Assembly (NCBI GenBank): GCA_051532035.1
Contig: JAOPTW010000010.1
Span: forward strand, 8,382-72,381
Length of the DNA: 64,000 bases
Direction of reading: 5' to 3'
Source: Fibrobacterales bacterium
GTDB taxonomy: Bacteria; Fibrobacterota; Fibrobacteria; Fibrobacterales; JAOPTW01
Shown here: piece by piece, positions 1-9,948 of the stretch
Layout of the letters: every line of letters starts with the position of its first letter
Position numbering within the stretch: position 1 is the stretch's first letter
Made by a program: the position numbers and the translations under genes
Notes under the pieces: model-generated
What the model saw: the letters and a program-made list of their open reading frames with translations, nothing else
Told to the model about the DNA's origin: nothing
Database searches by the model: none

Positions 1-412
1 GTTTTGCTATACCTGCAAGCACCCCATTAATAAAACTTCCTGATTCTTCTGTAGAATATTTTTTTGCAATTGCAACTGCTTCAGAAATTGCAACTTTAGG
101 CGGGATCTCTTTTACGTACAGTAGCTCAGTTACTGCAACTCGAATAATCACATTATCGAGTACTGCAATGCGCTCAAGGTCCCAATTTTCTGAATGCGTT
201 GTAATTGTCTCGGTAATCGTTGCATTGTGTTCAACTGCAAGATCAATGAGATCCATACCATATTTTTTTTGTTCCTCTTTAGGGTCAAGGCTCTCAATAA
301 CACCAGGAAGTACCTGTGGAATTGTTGAGCCTGTCACATCAAGAGCATAGAGGGCTTGCATCGCCATTACGCGAGCTTGCCGTTTTGAAATAGTTCTTTT
401 CGGTGCAGCCAT
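1..412 (-). CDS. nusB: Transcription antitermination factor NusB (3' end runs off the window)
   Basis: Manual translation from ATG at 412: [25 protein letters not shown]...HSENWDLERIAVLDNVIIRVAVTEL...PPKVAISEAVAIAKKYSTEESGSFINGVL. The start overlaps the ribH stop (TAATG), the classic ribH-nusB pair. Not in the ORF track. Confidence 0.95.
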   Translation of the reverse strand, partial: MAAPKRTISKRQARVMAMQALYALDVTGSTIPQVLPGVIESLDPKEEQKKYGMDLIDLAVEHNATITETITTHSENWDLERIAVLDNVIIRVAVTELLYVKEIPPKVAISEAVAIAKKYSTEESGSFINGVLAGIAK

Positions 413-876
413 TATATCTTTTTAATAAGGTTAATCATTTCAATCGCTGTAACAGCGGCTTCTGCGCCTTTGTTTCCGAGCTTAATTCCTGCACGGTCCA
501 TTGCTTGATCGACGGTGTTGGTCGTGAGTACACCATATACCACTGGAATGCCAGTATCGAGTGACACCTTAGCAACACCAGATGTTACCCCACTTACTAC
601 TTGGTCAAAATGAGGAGTGTCTCCTTGAATTACTGCACCAAGGGTAATGACAGCGGCAAACTTTCCACTTGTTGCAGCTTTCTGACTCGCAAGAGGTATT
701 TCAAAAGCACCCGGCACCCAAATAACGGTAATAGAATCATCTGATATTCCATGGCGAGTAAGCGTATTACATGCACCAGCCAATAGACTCTTTGTAATTA
801 TTTCATTGAATCGCGAAACAACTATTGCGATCTCTGCGTTTTGTGCAACGAGTTCACCTTCTACTATTTTTGCCAT
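412..876 (-). CDS. ribH: 6,7-dimethyl-8-ribityllumazine synthase
   Basis: [40 protein letters not shown] motifs. Start set at MAKIVEG (876) because the track's upstream extension crosses a terminator. Confidence 0.96.
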   Translation of the reverse strand: MAKIVEGELVAQNAEIAIVVSRFNEIITKSLLAGACNTLTRHGISDDSITVIWVPGAFEIPLASQKAATSGKFAAVITLGAVIQGDTPHFDQVVSGVTSGVAKVSLDTGIPVVYGVLTTNTVDQAMDRAGIKLGNKGAEAAVTAIEMINLIKKI

Positions 877-915
877 ATTACTTCTCAAAATGTTAAAAAT
901 CAGGTAAAAAATAGT

Positions 916-947
916 AAAAAAAAGGCTGATAGAGGTCTCTATCAGCC
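916..947 (-). terminator. Rho-independent terminator between ribBA and ribH
   Basis: Minus strand GGCTGATAGAG-AC-CTCTATCAGCC followed by T8. Confidence 0.75.
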
Positions 948-968
948 AAATCTCAGAGGATTTTTTAC

Positions 969-2183
969 TCAATCATCAGTTAACAAGACATGTCCCATTC
1001 GGTCACGTTTTACCTTAAGATACTGTTCATTTTCTGAATTGTGAGGAATTTCTATTGGAATACGAGTTGTAACTTCGAGATGGAACCCTTTTAAGCCAGA
1101 AACTTTATCTGGATTATTCGTTAAAAGGTTCATTTTGCAAACACCGATATCAGCAAGAATCTGTGCTCCAATACCGTAACAACGAAGATCAGCATCAAAT
1201 CCAAGTTCTAGGTTTGCATCTACTGTGTCGAATCCTTTCTCTTGTAGTTCATAGGCTTTCATTTTGTTGGCAAGCCCAATCCCACGGCCTTCATGATTCC
1301 TAAGGTACAGTACCACGCCACCGTGTTCAGCAACATATTTCATTGCATAATCAAGTTGCTCACCACAATCGCAGCGTTTAGAACCGAGAACATCGCCTGT
1401 AAGGCATTCACTATGTACACGAACATTTGTAGGGACATCAGCACTAATGTCGCCATTCACCATTGCAAGATGTTCTGCACCTGTAGTTTTATCAATATAT
1501 GCGTATGCTTGAAAGCTTCCATATTTTGTTGGAATAATCGGCGAAGCTTCTCTGACTACGAGAATTTCATTTTTTCTACGGTAGGCAATAAGATCATTGG
1601 TCGAAGAAATTTTAAGTCCATGCTCTTTCGCCAATTCAATTAATTGAGGAAGACGAGCCATAGTTCCATCTTCATTCATAATTTCACAAATTACAGCAGC
1701 TTCAGATCTACCAGCGAGTTCAGCGAGATCAACGGAGGCTTCAGTATGGCCTGCCCGTTTCAAAACTCCGCCATCAACTGCTCTCAAAGGAAATGTATGC
1801 CCCGGAGAAGCAAAATCTTTTGCAGTAGCACTTTCACCAGCAAGAAGTTGAGAGGTCAGTGCACGATCACCTGCAGAAATACCAGTCGTCACCCCTTCAA
1901 TTGCATCCACTGAAATGGTAAAGGCTGTAGGAAACGGTGAATTATGTGTAGAGGCCATCATTGAAAGCCCCATTTTTGCAACTTTACTCGCACTTAATGC
2001 TGTACACACTAAACCACGACCATGAGTTACCATAAAATTAATATGCTCCGGTGTTGTTGCATCAGCCGCACAGATGAAATCACCTTCAGCTTCTCGATCA
2101 TCATCATCAACCATGATAATGATTTTTCCGTTTTTGATATCTTCTATGATATCTTCTATTGGGTCAAATTGTATATCAGCCAT
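969..2183 (-). CDS. ribBA: Bifunctional DHBP synthase / GTP cyclohydrolase II
   Basis: [43 protein letters not shown] motifs. Confidence 0.96.
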   Translation of the reverse strand: MADIQFDPIEDIIEDIKNGKIIIMVDDDDREAEGDFICAADATTPEHINFMVTHGRGLVCTALSASKVAKMGLSMMASTHNSPFPTAFTISVDAIEGVTTGISAGDRALTSQLLAGESATAKDFASPGHTFPLRAVDGGVLKRAGHTEASVDLAELAGRSEAAVICEIMNEDGTMARLPQLIELAKEHGLKISSTNDLIAYRRKNEILVVREASPIIPTKYGSFQAYAYIDKTTGAEHLAMVNGDISADVPTNVRVHSECLTGDVLGSKRCDCGEQLDYAMKYVAEHGGVVLYLRNHEGRGIGLANKMKAYELQEKGFDTVDANLELGFDADLRCYGIGAQILADIGVCKMNLLTNNPDKVSGLKGFHLEVTTRIPIEIPHNSENEQYLKVKRDRMGHVLLTDD

Positions 2184-2775
2184 TTTGCTCTTTTAGGAAA
2201 TTTTCAATGTATTTACCGAGAACATCTACTTCGAAATTTACTCGGGTGCCAACAGTATAATGCCCAAAACGGGTATTATCTACTGTTTCAGGTATTACTG
2301 CTACTTTAATACCTTCGTCTGTTTTTTCTGCTACGGTCATACTCGTGCCGTCAAGAGTTACTGACCCTTTAGATATAATATATTTCATCATATCTTTAGG
2401 AAACTCCATAAATATTTCACGTCCCGCTTCCATCATCTCAACTTTGGTAACTTTAGCGACACCATCAATGTGCCCCATAACAATATGACCACCAAGAAAT
2501 GAACTTGCAGTACAAGGGAATTCAAGATTTACAGGACTTCCCGCTTCTAAATCACCAAGGTTTGTCACATCAAGAGTTTGATGAATCGCCGTAACTTTTA
2601 CATCCTCTGTGCCCATTCGCTCAGCAGTAAGACACACACCATTGACAGCAACGCTTGCTCCCTTATCCATTCCTTGAAAAAAGTCATCCGAAGTTTCGAG
2701 GAAAAAGGTTGTTGAGTCCGCAGCTTTATCGAGTTTTTTAATTAATCCTACTCTCTGCACAATTCCGGTAAACAT
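2176..2775 (-). CDS. ribE: Riboflavin synthase (alpha chain)
   Basis: N-terminal MFTGIV, SVAVNGVCLT, GGHIVMGHID, VNFEVD. Confidence 0.96.
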   Translation of the reverse strand: MFTGIVQRVGLIKKLDKAADSTTFFLETSDDFFQGMDKGASVAVNGVCLTAERMGTEDVKVTAIHQTLDVTNLGDLEAGSPVNLEFPCTASSFLGGHIVMGHIDGVAKVTKVEMMEAGREIFMEFPKDMMKYIISKGSVTLDGTSMTVAEKTDEGIKVAVIPETVDNTRFGHYTVGTRVNFEVDVLGKYIENFLKEQNG

Positions 2776-2784
2776 AGTTACCTC

Positions 2785-3879
2785 CTAATGGTATTCAGTG
2801 AAGGGTGCTGGGTTTTTAAAAATTTCCAGCCTATCGCTTTTAATGTGCTCAAATGTACAAAATTCAAGTGATTCTTTCCACGAATTATCCCGAAAATCGT
2901 TCCACTGATACCCATTTGGTATTTCATTTTCGCCCGTAAAGAGATAAAGATCATCAAAAAGGTTATGAGAAATTATCGTTTGAGCTAATTGGCCACCTGG
3001 TTCAATTAAGAGATGGTGTACCCCATGGTGATACAGCTGCTGAAAAAGCTCTTTTAAATTATCCACCATATTGAGCCCTGTTAATGGAATAGTAATTACA
3101 TGGGCAGGATACACTCCACTCCCCTTTGCACTATATGCAACAAAAACCGAACGACCATCTTCTCGGAAAATTTTTAAACTATGGGGGGTTGCCCCAGAAT
3201 AATCAAGGAGAACTCGGTGGGGATCTATTTTTGAAGAATTGTGAGATAATCGAGTGTCGAGAGTTGGGTTATCGATGCGTGCTGTACTCCCCCCTACCAA
3301 TATCGCATCGGCAAGAGTTCTCAATTCATGGACTCTCTCTCTACTTTCCGTATTAGTAATTATTACTTGTTCTTTTTGAGTTCCTGCAATACACCCATTG
3401 GTACTTTGTGCTATTTTAACCGTGATTTTAGGTCGCATTTGTGTTATAAAAGTGAAAAAACCAGAGTAGAGCTCTTTAAGCTCACCTCCAAGAATAGATT
3501 CGATTACTATAATACCTGCTTCTCGAAGCTGTACAACCCCACAACCATTAACCAATGGATTTGGATCACCAATACCTACTATTACAGTACCCAAACCAGC
3601 AGATATAATTGCATCCACACATGGTGGTGTTTTTCCATGATGAGAACAGGGCTCCAGAGTTACCACAATGGTGGCGCCTTTTAATAAATGACTTGGGCAC
3701 TGTTTTATCGCCTGAACTTCGGCATGGTCGCCACCCGCAGGTAATGTGTACCCCCGAGAAACAATGGTGTTCTCATGTACAATAACGGCCCCAACAGAAG
3801 GGTTTGGTTGTGTACGGTTCCACCCTTTTCGCGCTTCAGCAATAGCTTCACGCATCCAATTACTATAATTTGTCTCCAT
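2785..3879 (-). CDS. ribD: Bifunctional pyrimidine deaminase/reductase RibD
   Basis: PNPSVGAVIV, HAE, TLEPCSHHGKTPPC, DAILVG, DNPTL motifs. Confidence 0.95.
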   Translation of the reverse strand: METNYSNWMREAIAEARKGWNRTQPNPSVGAVIVHENTIVSRGYTLPAGGDHAEVQAIKQCPSHLLKGATIVVTLEPCSHHGKTPPCVDAIISAGLGTVIVGIGDPNPLVNGCGVVQLREAGIIVIESILGGELKELYSGFFTFITQMRPKITVKIAQSTNGCIAGTQKEQVIITNTESRERVHELRTLADAILVGGSTARIDNPTLDTRLSHNSSKIDPHRVLLDYSGATPHSLKIFREDGRSVFVAYSAKGSGVYPAHVITIPLTGLNMVDNLKELFQQLYHHGVHHLLIEPGGQLAQTIISHNLFDDLYLFTGENEIPNGYQWNDFRDNSWKESLEFCTFEHIKSDRLEIFKNPAPFTEYH

Positions 3880-3883
3880 AGGC

Positions 3884-3891
3884 CAAATATA
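3884..3891 (-). promoter_or_regulatory. TAnnTTTG-type promoter box (TATATTTG) 4 nt before the ribD ATG
   Basis: Minus strand AGT-TATATTTG-GCCT-ATG matches the Bacteroidota-type -7 element. Confidence 0.45.
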
Positions 3892-3930
3892 ACTTATGGA
3901 TTGAATTGCTCTGAGTAAAAAGAGAAAACT

Positions 3931-3957
3931 TAAGAATCCATTTAAAAATGCCGAAAA
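3931..3957 (+). promoter_or_regulatory. Sigma-28 (FliA)-like promoter
   Basis: TAAG-N15-GCCGAAAA versus consensus TAAA-N15-GCCGATAA, 30 nt before ATG 3988. Confidence 0.45.
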
Positions 3958-3987
3958 ATAGGTATACTAGTACTTTAATGTTTTTAT

Positions 3988-4320
3988 ATGAGCCAAGGAG
4001 ATTCATTGAAATACCCCATTACTATACTTTTTCTCACGGTATTTGCAACAATCATACAGGGCATAATGTTCTATGGCTGGCTTACACACCATCTCTATTT
4101 TACCGTGGATAAATTAGGGAGTTTAACTATTCTTGGTCTTGCAGTCACAGGATTTACCATGGCCTACCTCAAAATCCTCTCCGCTTCTATCAACGGATTT
4201 TGGTCCATCAAAATAATGCTTGCAACCCTGCTGCAACTCATCAATTTCGCAGCCTTTCTTGGATTTGCCTATCTGCTTATAATGAACTGGGTTGATCAAC
4301 CACTATATATTGGACCATAA
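3988..4320 (+). CDS. Hypothetical small membrane protein (about 3 TM helices)
   Basis: 110-aa ORF filling the gap between minus-strand genes, with three hydrophobic segments. Confidence 0.7.
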   Translation: MSQGDSLKYPITILFLTVFATIIQGIMFYGWLTHHLYFTVDKLGSLTILGLAVTGFTMAYLKILSASINGFWSIKIMLATLLQLINFAAFLGFAYLLIMNWVDQPLYIGP

Positions 4321-4346
4321 AAAAGCTGAGTTATTGGAACCCAGCT
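4319..4346 (-). terminator. Probable terminator between convergent genes
   Basis: Minus strand AGCTGGGTT-CCAAT-AACTCAGCT followed by a T-run. Confidence 0.55.
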
Positions 4347-4378
4347 AATTTTACCGTAATCTATTATTGTATTACTGA

Positions 4379-5356
4379 TTATTTTTCGAGCTGCGCTTTA
4401 ACTGCCGCAATTCTTTCCCAGCCCGATTCAGGGATAACCGCTCCAAGTACTTGTACAACCTCTGCACCAGTTGCTGAAGCAAGGGTTCCACATTTATCCA
4501 TTGACCACCCTTCGACTACACCATACAAAAACCCTGCCGCCCAAAGGTCACCAGCGCCTGTCGTATCAATTGCATCTACAACCTGTGCTTCCACACAGGT
4601 TACCGCACCATCTTTTTTGATAAGTGCACCTTTTTTGCCTAATTTAACAACTGAAAAGGCACATAATTTTGAAAGTTCTTCTAAGGCAGGCTCTTCATCA
4701 AGACCGGTGAATGCTTTTGCTTCATCTTCATTGGCAATAATAATATCTACATATTTCTCAATCACCTCTTCAAATAGTGGTTTTACAGCACCGACAACTT
4801 CGAATGACGCCAAATCAAGAGAAACTAAAGCGCCAATAGATTTCGCCATTTCTAATGCTTTTCTAAATACTGGTTCATTAAAAGCGAGATACCCTTCAAA
4901 ATGAACGAGTTTAACACCTGCAAACTGCTCAACAGTAATATCTTCAGGGGCAATCTCTGCTGCAACACTGAGTGCAGAAAACATAGTTCGTTGTGCATCG
5001 GGCGTTACAACTGAAAGCACTCGTCCTGATGGATTTGTACCAAAACAGAGTTGCGCATCAACGTGGGCTTTTTTTAGCCCATCAATAAAGAGTTTACCAA
5101 GTGCATCATCACAAACCTTACCAACAAAACGCCCTGCACCACCAAGTTTACCAATACCGACTATAGTGTTACACGCAGACCCACCAGGCACCACTGATGG
5201 TTTGATCTCTGTTTTCTTTAGTGCACCATTCACATCATCGACATCGACAAGAGTCATTCCCCCTTTGGGAGAACCTAATGATTCGAGATAGGTATCAGAT
5301 TCTTGAATCAAAAGATCGACTAACGCTGCACCCACACCAAGTATTGTTTTACTCAT
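4379..5356 (-). CDS. PfkB family carbohydrate kinase (adenosine kinase-like)
   Basis: GGSACNT, ANEDEA, DTTGAGDLWAAGFL signatures. Confidence 0.9.
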   Translation of the reverse strand: MSKTILGVGAALVDLLIQESDTYLESLGSPKGGMTLVDVDDVNGALKKTEIKPSVVPGGSACNTIVGIGKLGGAGRFVGKVCDDALGKLFIDGLKKAHVDAQLCFGTNPSGRVLSVVTPDAQRTMFSALSVAAEIAPEDITVEQFAGVKLVHFEGYLAFNEPVFRKALEMAKSIGALVSLDLASFEVVGAVKPLFEEVIEKYVDIIIANEDEAKAFTGLDEEPALEELSKLCAFSVVKLGKKGALIKKDGAVTCVEAQVVDAIDTTGAGDLWAAGFLYGVVEGWSMDKCGTLASATGAEVVQVLGAVIPESGWERIAAVKAQLEK

Positions 5357-5458
5357 ATATATTCCAATTATTCATGACATTATTACAGCTATATGTAGCT
5401 CATTGTTTCTATCTGTTCAAGGACTATTTTAATGTAGAATCCACCAGAGCTTTGAGAC

Positions 5459-5983
5459 TCAAGACGTATAGTTACGGGAGCCAATCCAACGCCATGGCTT
5501 GAAAGCCCATTCAGGACCTGCATAATCAATTCCGATTCTAGGGGTTGCTTCAACGAACTCAAGAGCGGGCCCCTCCTCTATCCATAAGTCAGAATCGAGG
5601 GTGATATCCCGTGCTTTAAATGAATTATCGAGTTGTAGAGATCTGCCAATACGACCAGGACCAGAGACTGCTTCGGTTGCCCGAATAAGTACAGCACTCG
5701 GTTCATCTACTTCACCAGTCACAATATTGAGTAACCAGTACATGCCATATATAAGATAGACATAAATGAGACCTGCTTCACCAAACATCACTTCAGTCCG
5801 TGGAGTGCGGCCTTTATTCGCATGACACGCTTTATCTTCTCCACCACGATAAGCTTCAACTTCGGTAATAGCTGATCGAAATTCTGTACCATCAGGAAAT
5901 CGACGTACTAGGATCTTACCAAGAAGATCTGGTGCTACAACGAGAACATCACGTTTAAAAAATGTGCGAGTAAGTTTTGCCAT
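5459..5983 (-). CDS. mpg: DNA-3-methyladenine glycosylase (Mpg/AAG family)
   Basis: VAPDLLGKILV, ITEVEAY, YVYLIYGMY, SAVLIRA, GPG, TPRIGI motifs. Confidence 0.92.
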   Translation of the reverse strand: MAKLTRTFFKRDVLVVAPDLLGKILVRRFPDGTEFRSAITEVEAYRGGEDKACHANKGRTPRTEVMFGEAGLIYVYLIYGMYWLLNIVTGEVDEPSAVLIRATEAVSGPGRIGRSLQLDNSFKARDITLDSDLWIEEGPALEFVEATPRIGIDYAGPEWAFKPWRWIGSRNYTS

Positions 5984-6016
5984 AGGGATTAATAAAAGTA
6001 ACCCATAAAAAGTTAC

Positions 6017-6934
6017 TTAACGATAATCATCAAGGTTACGGATATTTCCTTCACCTTTTTGTTTTCTTCGTTGTTCACTCACCTTCTCTAAGAACTGTTT
6101 CTCTTTTTCATTGAGTGAATTGATTCCATATTCTGAAACTTTTTTTAGAATAGCATCAAGTGCTTCGTTCGAGTCATGAGGTGAATGAGGATCATGCTCA
6201 TCTTTTTTATCAGTTGTTTTGGCAAAGGTCTGTTTTACTTTATCAGTAAAATTTGAAAAACTGGTATCTTGTGTTCCTTGAAATTGGAACCCCGAGCCCA
6301 AACTCCCTTTATAAAGGTATTTCATATAGAGAAAACCACCCAAAAGCCCGAACAAGTGGGTAATGTGAGCAACACCATCGGACTGGAATCCCGGGAAAAC
6401 ATTTCTCAAGGCCCCAAAAGTTTCTACTACAAGTAGTACAATAAAAAGTGTTCTGACTTTCATTGGTATCACAAACATAAAAAGTACTGTCGATTCTGGG
6501 TTGTATTTACAGAAGAGATAAAGTATTGCGTAGGTTGCCCCCGAGGCCCCTATTACAGAAACTGTTTGACCAGTAGCAACATAAAAAAGGGCACTAAAAA
6601 TTCCCGCAAAAGTACCTGATATCAAATAAAGTTTTAAAAATTCTTTATCTCCAATTTGCTGTGCAACACTACTCCCAAACATCCAGAGTCCAAAAAACAT
6701 ATTTGCAAAGAGGTGAAAGAAACTCCCATGCAGAAACATATAAGTAAAGACTGACCATGGTTTTCCGAAAAGATATTCGGGAGTGAAATTAAGAATAATA
6801 GCAGGGTCTAATGCGAACAGTGCACCAAAATATTGATTTGCTATAGGACTAATAGCCCCGAGTAAAAAAATAACTCCGTTGATAATCATGAGTTTTTTAA
6901 TTGCAGGAGATAATTCGCTAAATGGTATCAGCAT
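6017..6934 (-). CDS. Rhomboid family intramembrane serine protease with soluble C-terminal domain
   Basis: FTYMFLHGSFFHLFANM, GASG catalytic Ser, AHITHLFG catalytic His. C-terminal LDAILKKVSEYGINSL resembles DUF6576. Confidence 0.9.
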   Translation of the reverse strand: MLIPFSELSPAIKKLMIINGVIFLLGAISPIANQYFGALFALDPAIILNFTPEYLFGKPWSVFTYMFLHGSFFHLFANMFFGLWMFGSSVAQQIGDKEFLKLYLISGTFAGIFSALFYVATGQTVSVIGASGATYAILYLFCKYNPESTVLFMFVIPMKVRTLFIVLLVVETFGALRNVFPGFQSDGVAHITHLFGLLGGFLYMKYLYKGSLGSGFQFQGTQDTSFSNFTDKVKQTFAKTTDKKDEHDPHSPHDSNEALDAILKKVSEYGINSLNEKEKQFLEKVSEQRRKQKGEGNIRNLDDYR

Positions 6935-6945
6935 ACATCGTTTCT

Positions 6946-7419
6946 TTATAGTTGAGGTATAATAATTGAAGGTACAAAATCTGCAACACTATGACCGTTT
7001 TTAAGAAGATCACGGATGATTGTTGATGATATTGTAGCATATTGAGGATCTGTTGCCAACAGTACTGTTTCACACTCTGGGTAGAGCTTTTTATTCACTT
7101 GAGCGAGTTGATTTTCGAGTTCAAAATCGGTGCTATTTCTTACTCCTCTGACAATTGTGCTCATAGAATATTTTTTGAGGTATTCAATGGTCAGTCCTTC
7201 CCAAGTATCAACAACCACTATAGGGAAGGAAGAAACAGCGTTCTCTATTATAGACACTCTTTCGTCCACAGAGTAAAGACATTTCTTCTCGTTGTTCACC
7301 CCTATAAGTACCGTTACTGAATCAAATAGCTCCGATGCTCGTTCTATAATATCAAGATGCCCTAAAGTAATAGGGTCAAATGAGCCAGGTATAATTGCTT
7401 TTGTTCTTTTCATAGTCAT
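6946..7419 (-). CDS. coaD: Pantetheine-phosphate adenylyltransferase
   Basis: PGSFDPITLGHLDII, VRGVR, ISSTIIR. Confidence 0.96.
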   Translation of the reverse strand: MTMKRTKAIIPGSFDPITLGHLDIIERASELFDSVTVLIGVNNEKKCLYSVDERVSIIENAVSSFPIVVVDTWEGLTIEYLKKYSMSTIVRGVRNSTDFELENQLAQVNKKLYPECETVLLATDPQYATISSTIIRDLLKNGHSVADFVPSIIIPQL

Positions 7420-7940
7420 TAATTATAAAAAAATGCGAGGCAACTTTCGCCATAACGTTTAATTTTATCAGCCGATTCCAACCATGCAATCTTTTCTCTA
7501 GAGGGATATTGAAAAATAGCTGTTCCACCAGGAGTCAATTTATCACGTACATCATTAAAGTCAGGATATTCTTTTACAAAGGGTGGATCACAAAAGAGGA
7601 CATCGATACTCCCCTGAGGTATTGAATTATAATATTTTACTGCATCCATTGAAACAAGTTTAATTGCAGTCGTTTTAAGTGATTTAAGGTTTTCTTGTAT
7701 ACACTGAATAGCGGGTCGTGCATTTTCGAGAAGAGTTACTGATGCAGCTCCTCGGCTTGCGGCTTCAATTCCTACACTTCCTGAGCCGGCATAGAGATCG
7801 ACAAAAGAAGCCCCTTCTACGTCGTCAATAATATTAAAAAGAGCTTCCCGCACTCGCGACCCTGTTGGACGGGTTTCATTACCTGGTGGTGTTTTAAGAC
7901 TTCTACTGCGGTATTCACCGCCTGTTATACGTGTACCCAT
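7419..7940 (-). CDS. rsmD: 16S rRNA m2G966 methyltransferase RsmD
   Basis: RITGG, TRPT..RVREALF, DLYAGSG, DPPF; rsmD-coaD synteny. Confidence 0.92.
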   Translation of the reverse strand: MGTRITGGEYRSRSLKTPPGNETRPTGSRVREALFNIIDDVEGASFVDLYAGSGSVGIEAASRGAASVTLLENARPAIQCIQENLKSLKTTAIKLVSMDAVKYYNSIPQGSIDVLFCDPPFVKEYPDFNDVRDKLTPGGTAIFQYPSREKIAWLESADKIKRYGESCLAFFYN

Positions 7941-7942
7941 AG

Positions 7943-8929
7943 TTACTCTTTTACGTAATAGACGAGATCAAAAGTGGAATTCATTTTTTGATCATCAGTG
8001 GGGACCACAGCAAGCTGTACAATACCCAAAGGAATCTTTTTTTGGTGAAGGGTTTGTACAAAGCGTGTAAGATCATTAAAACCACTCGAGACCATTAACG
8101 AATAAGAATAACTTCGGTAGCCACTCAAAGCTCTTGGTCTTTTCTTCACAAGGCTTTGTACACTTACTTTCATATTTTCAGCGATATCTATAAGGTTTCT
8201 GTTTAAGTTCTTAATTTGGGCTTTTTTAACAAAAGTTACTTTACGCTCACGCAACTCGCGATGTTTTACTGAACCATAGAGATTAAACTCTTGTGTATTG
8301 CCAACCAAACCCACATTTTTTACAGGATTTTCTTTAAACTTTGAAGAGACAGACTTCAGAGCTTTTTTAAATTGACGATAATTCAGCGGGTCGGATGCAA
8401 GCCCATGGAGATAGTAAAAACCAGGGATCTTTATAACCACTTTACCAAAAGTAACTTTGAGAGATGCTGCATCACCAATTCTCTTTAAGCTAGTATACAT
8501 CATTAACTTCTGATTTTTAATCTTTTCAAAATCTAGGAGTTGCGGTATGGGTTTTTTCTTCTTTTGCTCGATACTTTGACGCATCCCCATAACGATCTCT
8601 TCAACAACATTCTCTTCGTTTATAGAAATCTGAGGAAGAGGTTTTGAAACATCCCTCAGCCCTTCCTCTTCGATGGGCATCTCTATAATTGCAGATTCTA
8701 AAGGAGCTCCCTCAATCACATCTGGAGCCATCAACTGTTCAATTAATACAGGGGCAAATGCAAAAATTATGATAATCCATGCAACAATAGTAACAGAGGC
8801 AAGTATCATTAGTCGTTTATTTTTCCGAGCTGAGGCTACGGAATCACTTACGAGATGACTAAGATCTTCACCAAGTTCCTGTGCAACCGACGCAAGTGCA
8901 TCTTGTTTAAGTAGATTTATCTCGATCAT
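7943..8929 (-). CDS. PilN-like (possibly PilN/PilO fused) membrane protein
   Basis: N-terminal MIEINLL (PilM-binding INLL motif), one TM helix, C-terminal PilO-like GFNDLTRFVQTL; follows a PilM-like gene. Confidence 0.55.
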   Translation of the reverse strand: MIEINLLKQDALASVAQELGEDLSHLVSDSVASARKNKRLMILASVTIVAWIIIIFAFAPVLIEQLMAPDVIEGAPLESAIIEMPIEEEGLRDVSKPLPQISINEENVVEEIVMGMRQSIEQKKKKPIPQLLDFEKIKNQKLMMYTSLKRIGDAASLKVTFGKVVIKIPGFYYLHGLASDPLNYRQFKKALKSVSSKFKENPVKNVGLVGNTQEFNLYGSVKHRELRERKVTFVKKAQIKNLNRNLIDIAENMKVSVQSLVKKRPRALSGYRSYSYSLMVSSGFNDLTRFVQTLHQKKIPLGIVQLAVVPTDDQKMNSTFDLVYYVKE

Positions 8930-9936
8930 GATTGAGCCCTCAATGAATCACGCATCGCTAATCCGAGTGCAGCAGCAGCGGGAGCTTCCATTTCTGGTTT
9001 ATCACAGTCAGGGCTCATTTTTGCAAAGGTAAACGGATTGAGTTTAACCATTTTCCGTGAAAGATCTGATTTGAGCGCCCCCATAAAGTCTTCATTTTCG
9101 GCAAGGTCACCACAAACAAAAACATTTGCTTTACCTGCTGAAGTTTCCGGAGCTTCTTCTCCCTCTTCAACGACAACTTCTTCTGGCTGTTTTTCAACGT
9201 CTGGTTCAGTCTCTTCTGTTTCAGCCTCTTCGAGAGCAGCTGCAGCTTCTTTTTTAGTTACAGAGAAAACAGCTGTTGCAATCTCTTGTTCAATGGCTTG
9301 AGTAATTTCTGAAAATTCACTTTCACTAAATGCATCAACACTCACAGGTATACTAACCAACTTTTCCATTAAATATTGATAAACCCAAATGACTGAAACA
9401 ACATCTTGATCAGCTTTAATAATAATGTTATGTCCGAGTGAGTCAACATCTTCTTTTATGATTTCAAGAGCATTAATTGCCGCGAAAACATCCATATCAA
9501 CTACACCAAGGGGAACATTAAGCTCTCGGCTCTGTTTAATGATTCCTTCTACATCTACCTTACGCGTTGCTACTACCATAGCTCGTTTATAGAGTTCTTC
9601 ATCTTCAACGGGGAGAATTTGAGCATCATAATAATATTGATCAAGTGAATCACATATGTAATTTTCTATTTCCCAACATATATATTCATCAACATCCTTA
9701 ATCTCTTTTGGGATGAGTACAGAGCGTACTAATGAATGTTGAGACCGTAAAGAAAACACGCACTCAACATCTTTATTGGCATTACCCGTTTTTGATACGA
9801 GGTAGCTTTTAATTTCATCGATATCGTCAGTATCTTTTATTTCAAGATCCAAAACAGTACCTGTATCATGATCAAACTCAACAAGCTTTGTTGTTGATTC
9901 TCCCATTTCTATACCAATGACGACTCTCGATGCCAT
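8926..9936 (-). CDS. pilM: PilM-like type IV pilus assembly protein (actin-like fold)
   Basis: VIGIEMGESTTKLVE, VVDMDVFAAINA, LNPF, AALGLAMR. Confidence 0.72.
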   Translation of the reverse strand: MASRVVIGIEMGESTTKLVEFDHDTGTVLDLEIKDTDDIDEIKSYLVSKTGNANKDVECVFSLRSQHSLVRSVLIPKEIKDVDEYICWEIENYICDSLDQYYYDAQILPVEDEELYKRAMVVATRKVDVEGIIKQSRELNVPLGVVDMDVFAAINALEIIKEDVDSLGHNIIIKADQDVVSVIWVYQYLMEKLVSIPVSVDAFSESEFSEITQAIEQEIATAVFSVTKKEAAAALEEAETEETEPDVEKQPEEVVVEEGEEAPETSAGKANVFVCGDLAENEDFMGALKSDLSRKMVKLNPFTFAKMSPDCDKPEMEAPAAAALGLAMRDSLRAQS

Positions 9937-9948
9937 TACACTCCTCGA

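Noticed and set aside
877..972. N-terminal extension of RibH given in the ORF track
   Set aside because: It runs through a terminator hairpin and T-tracts; homology begins at MAKIVEG (876).
3880..3987. FMN riboswitch upstream of the rib operon
   Set aside because: Only 108 nt, AT-rich, no RFN conserved motifs, and a promoter-like box abuts the start codon.
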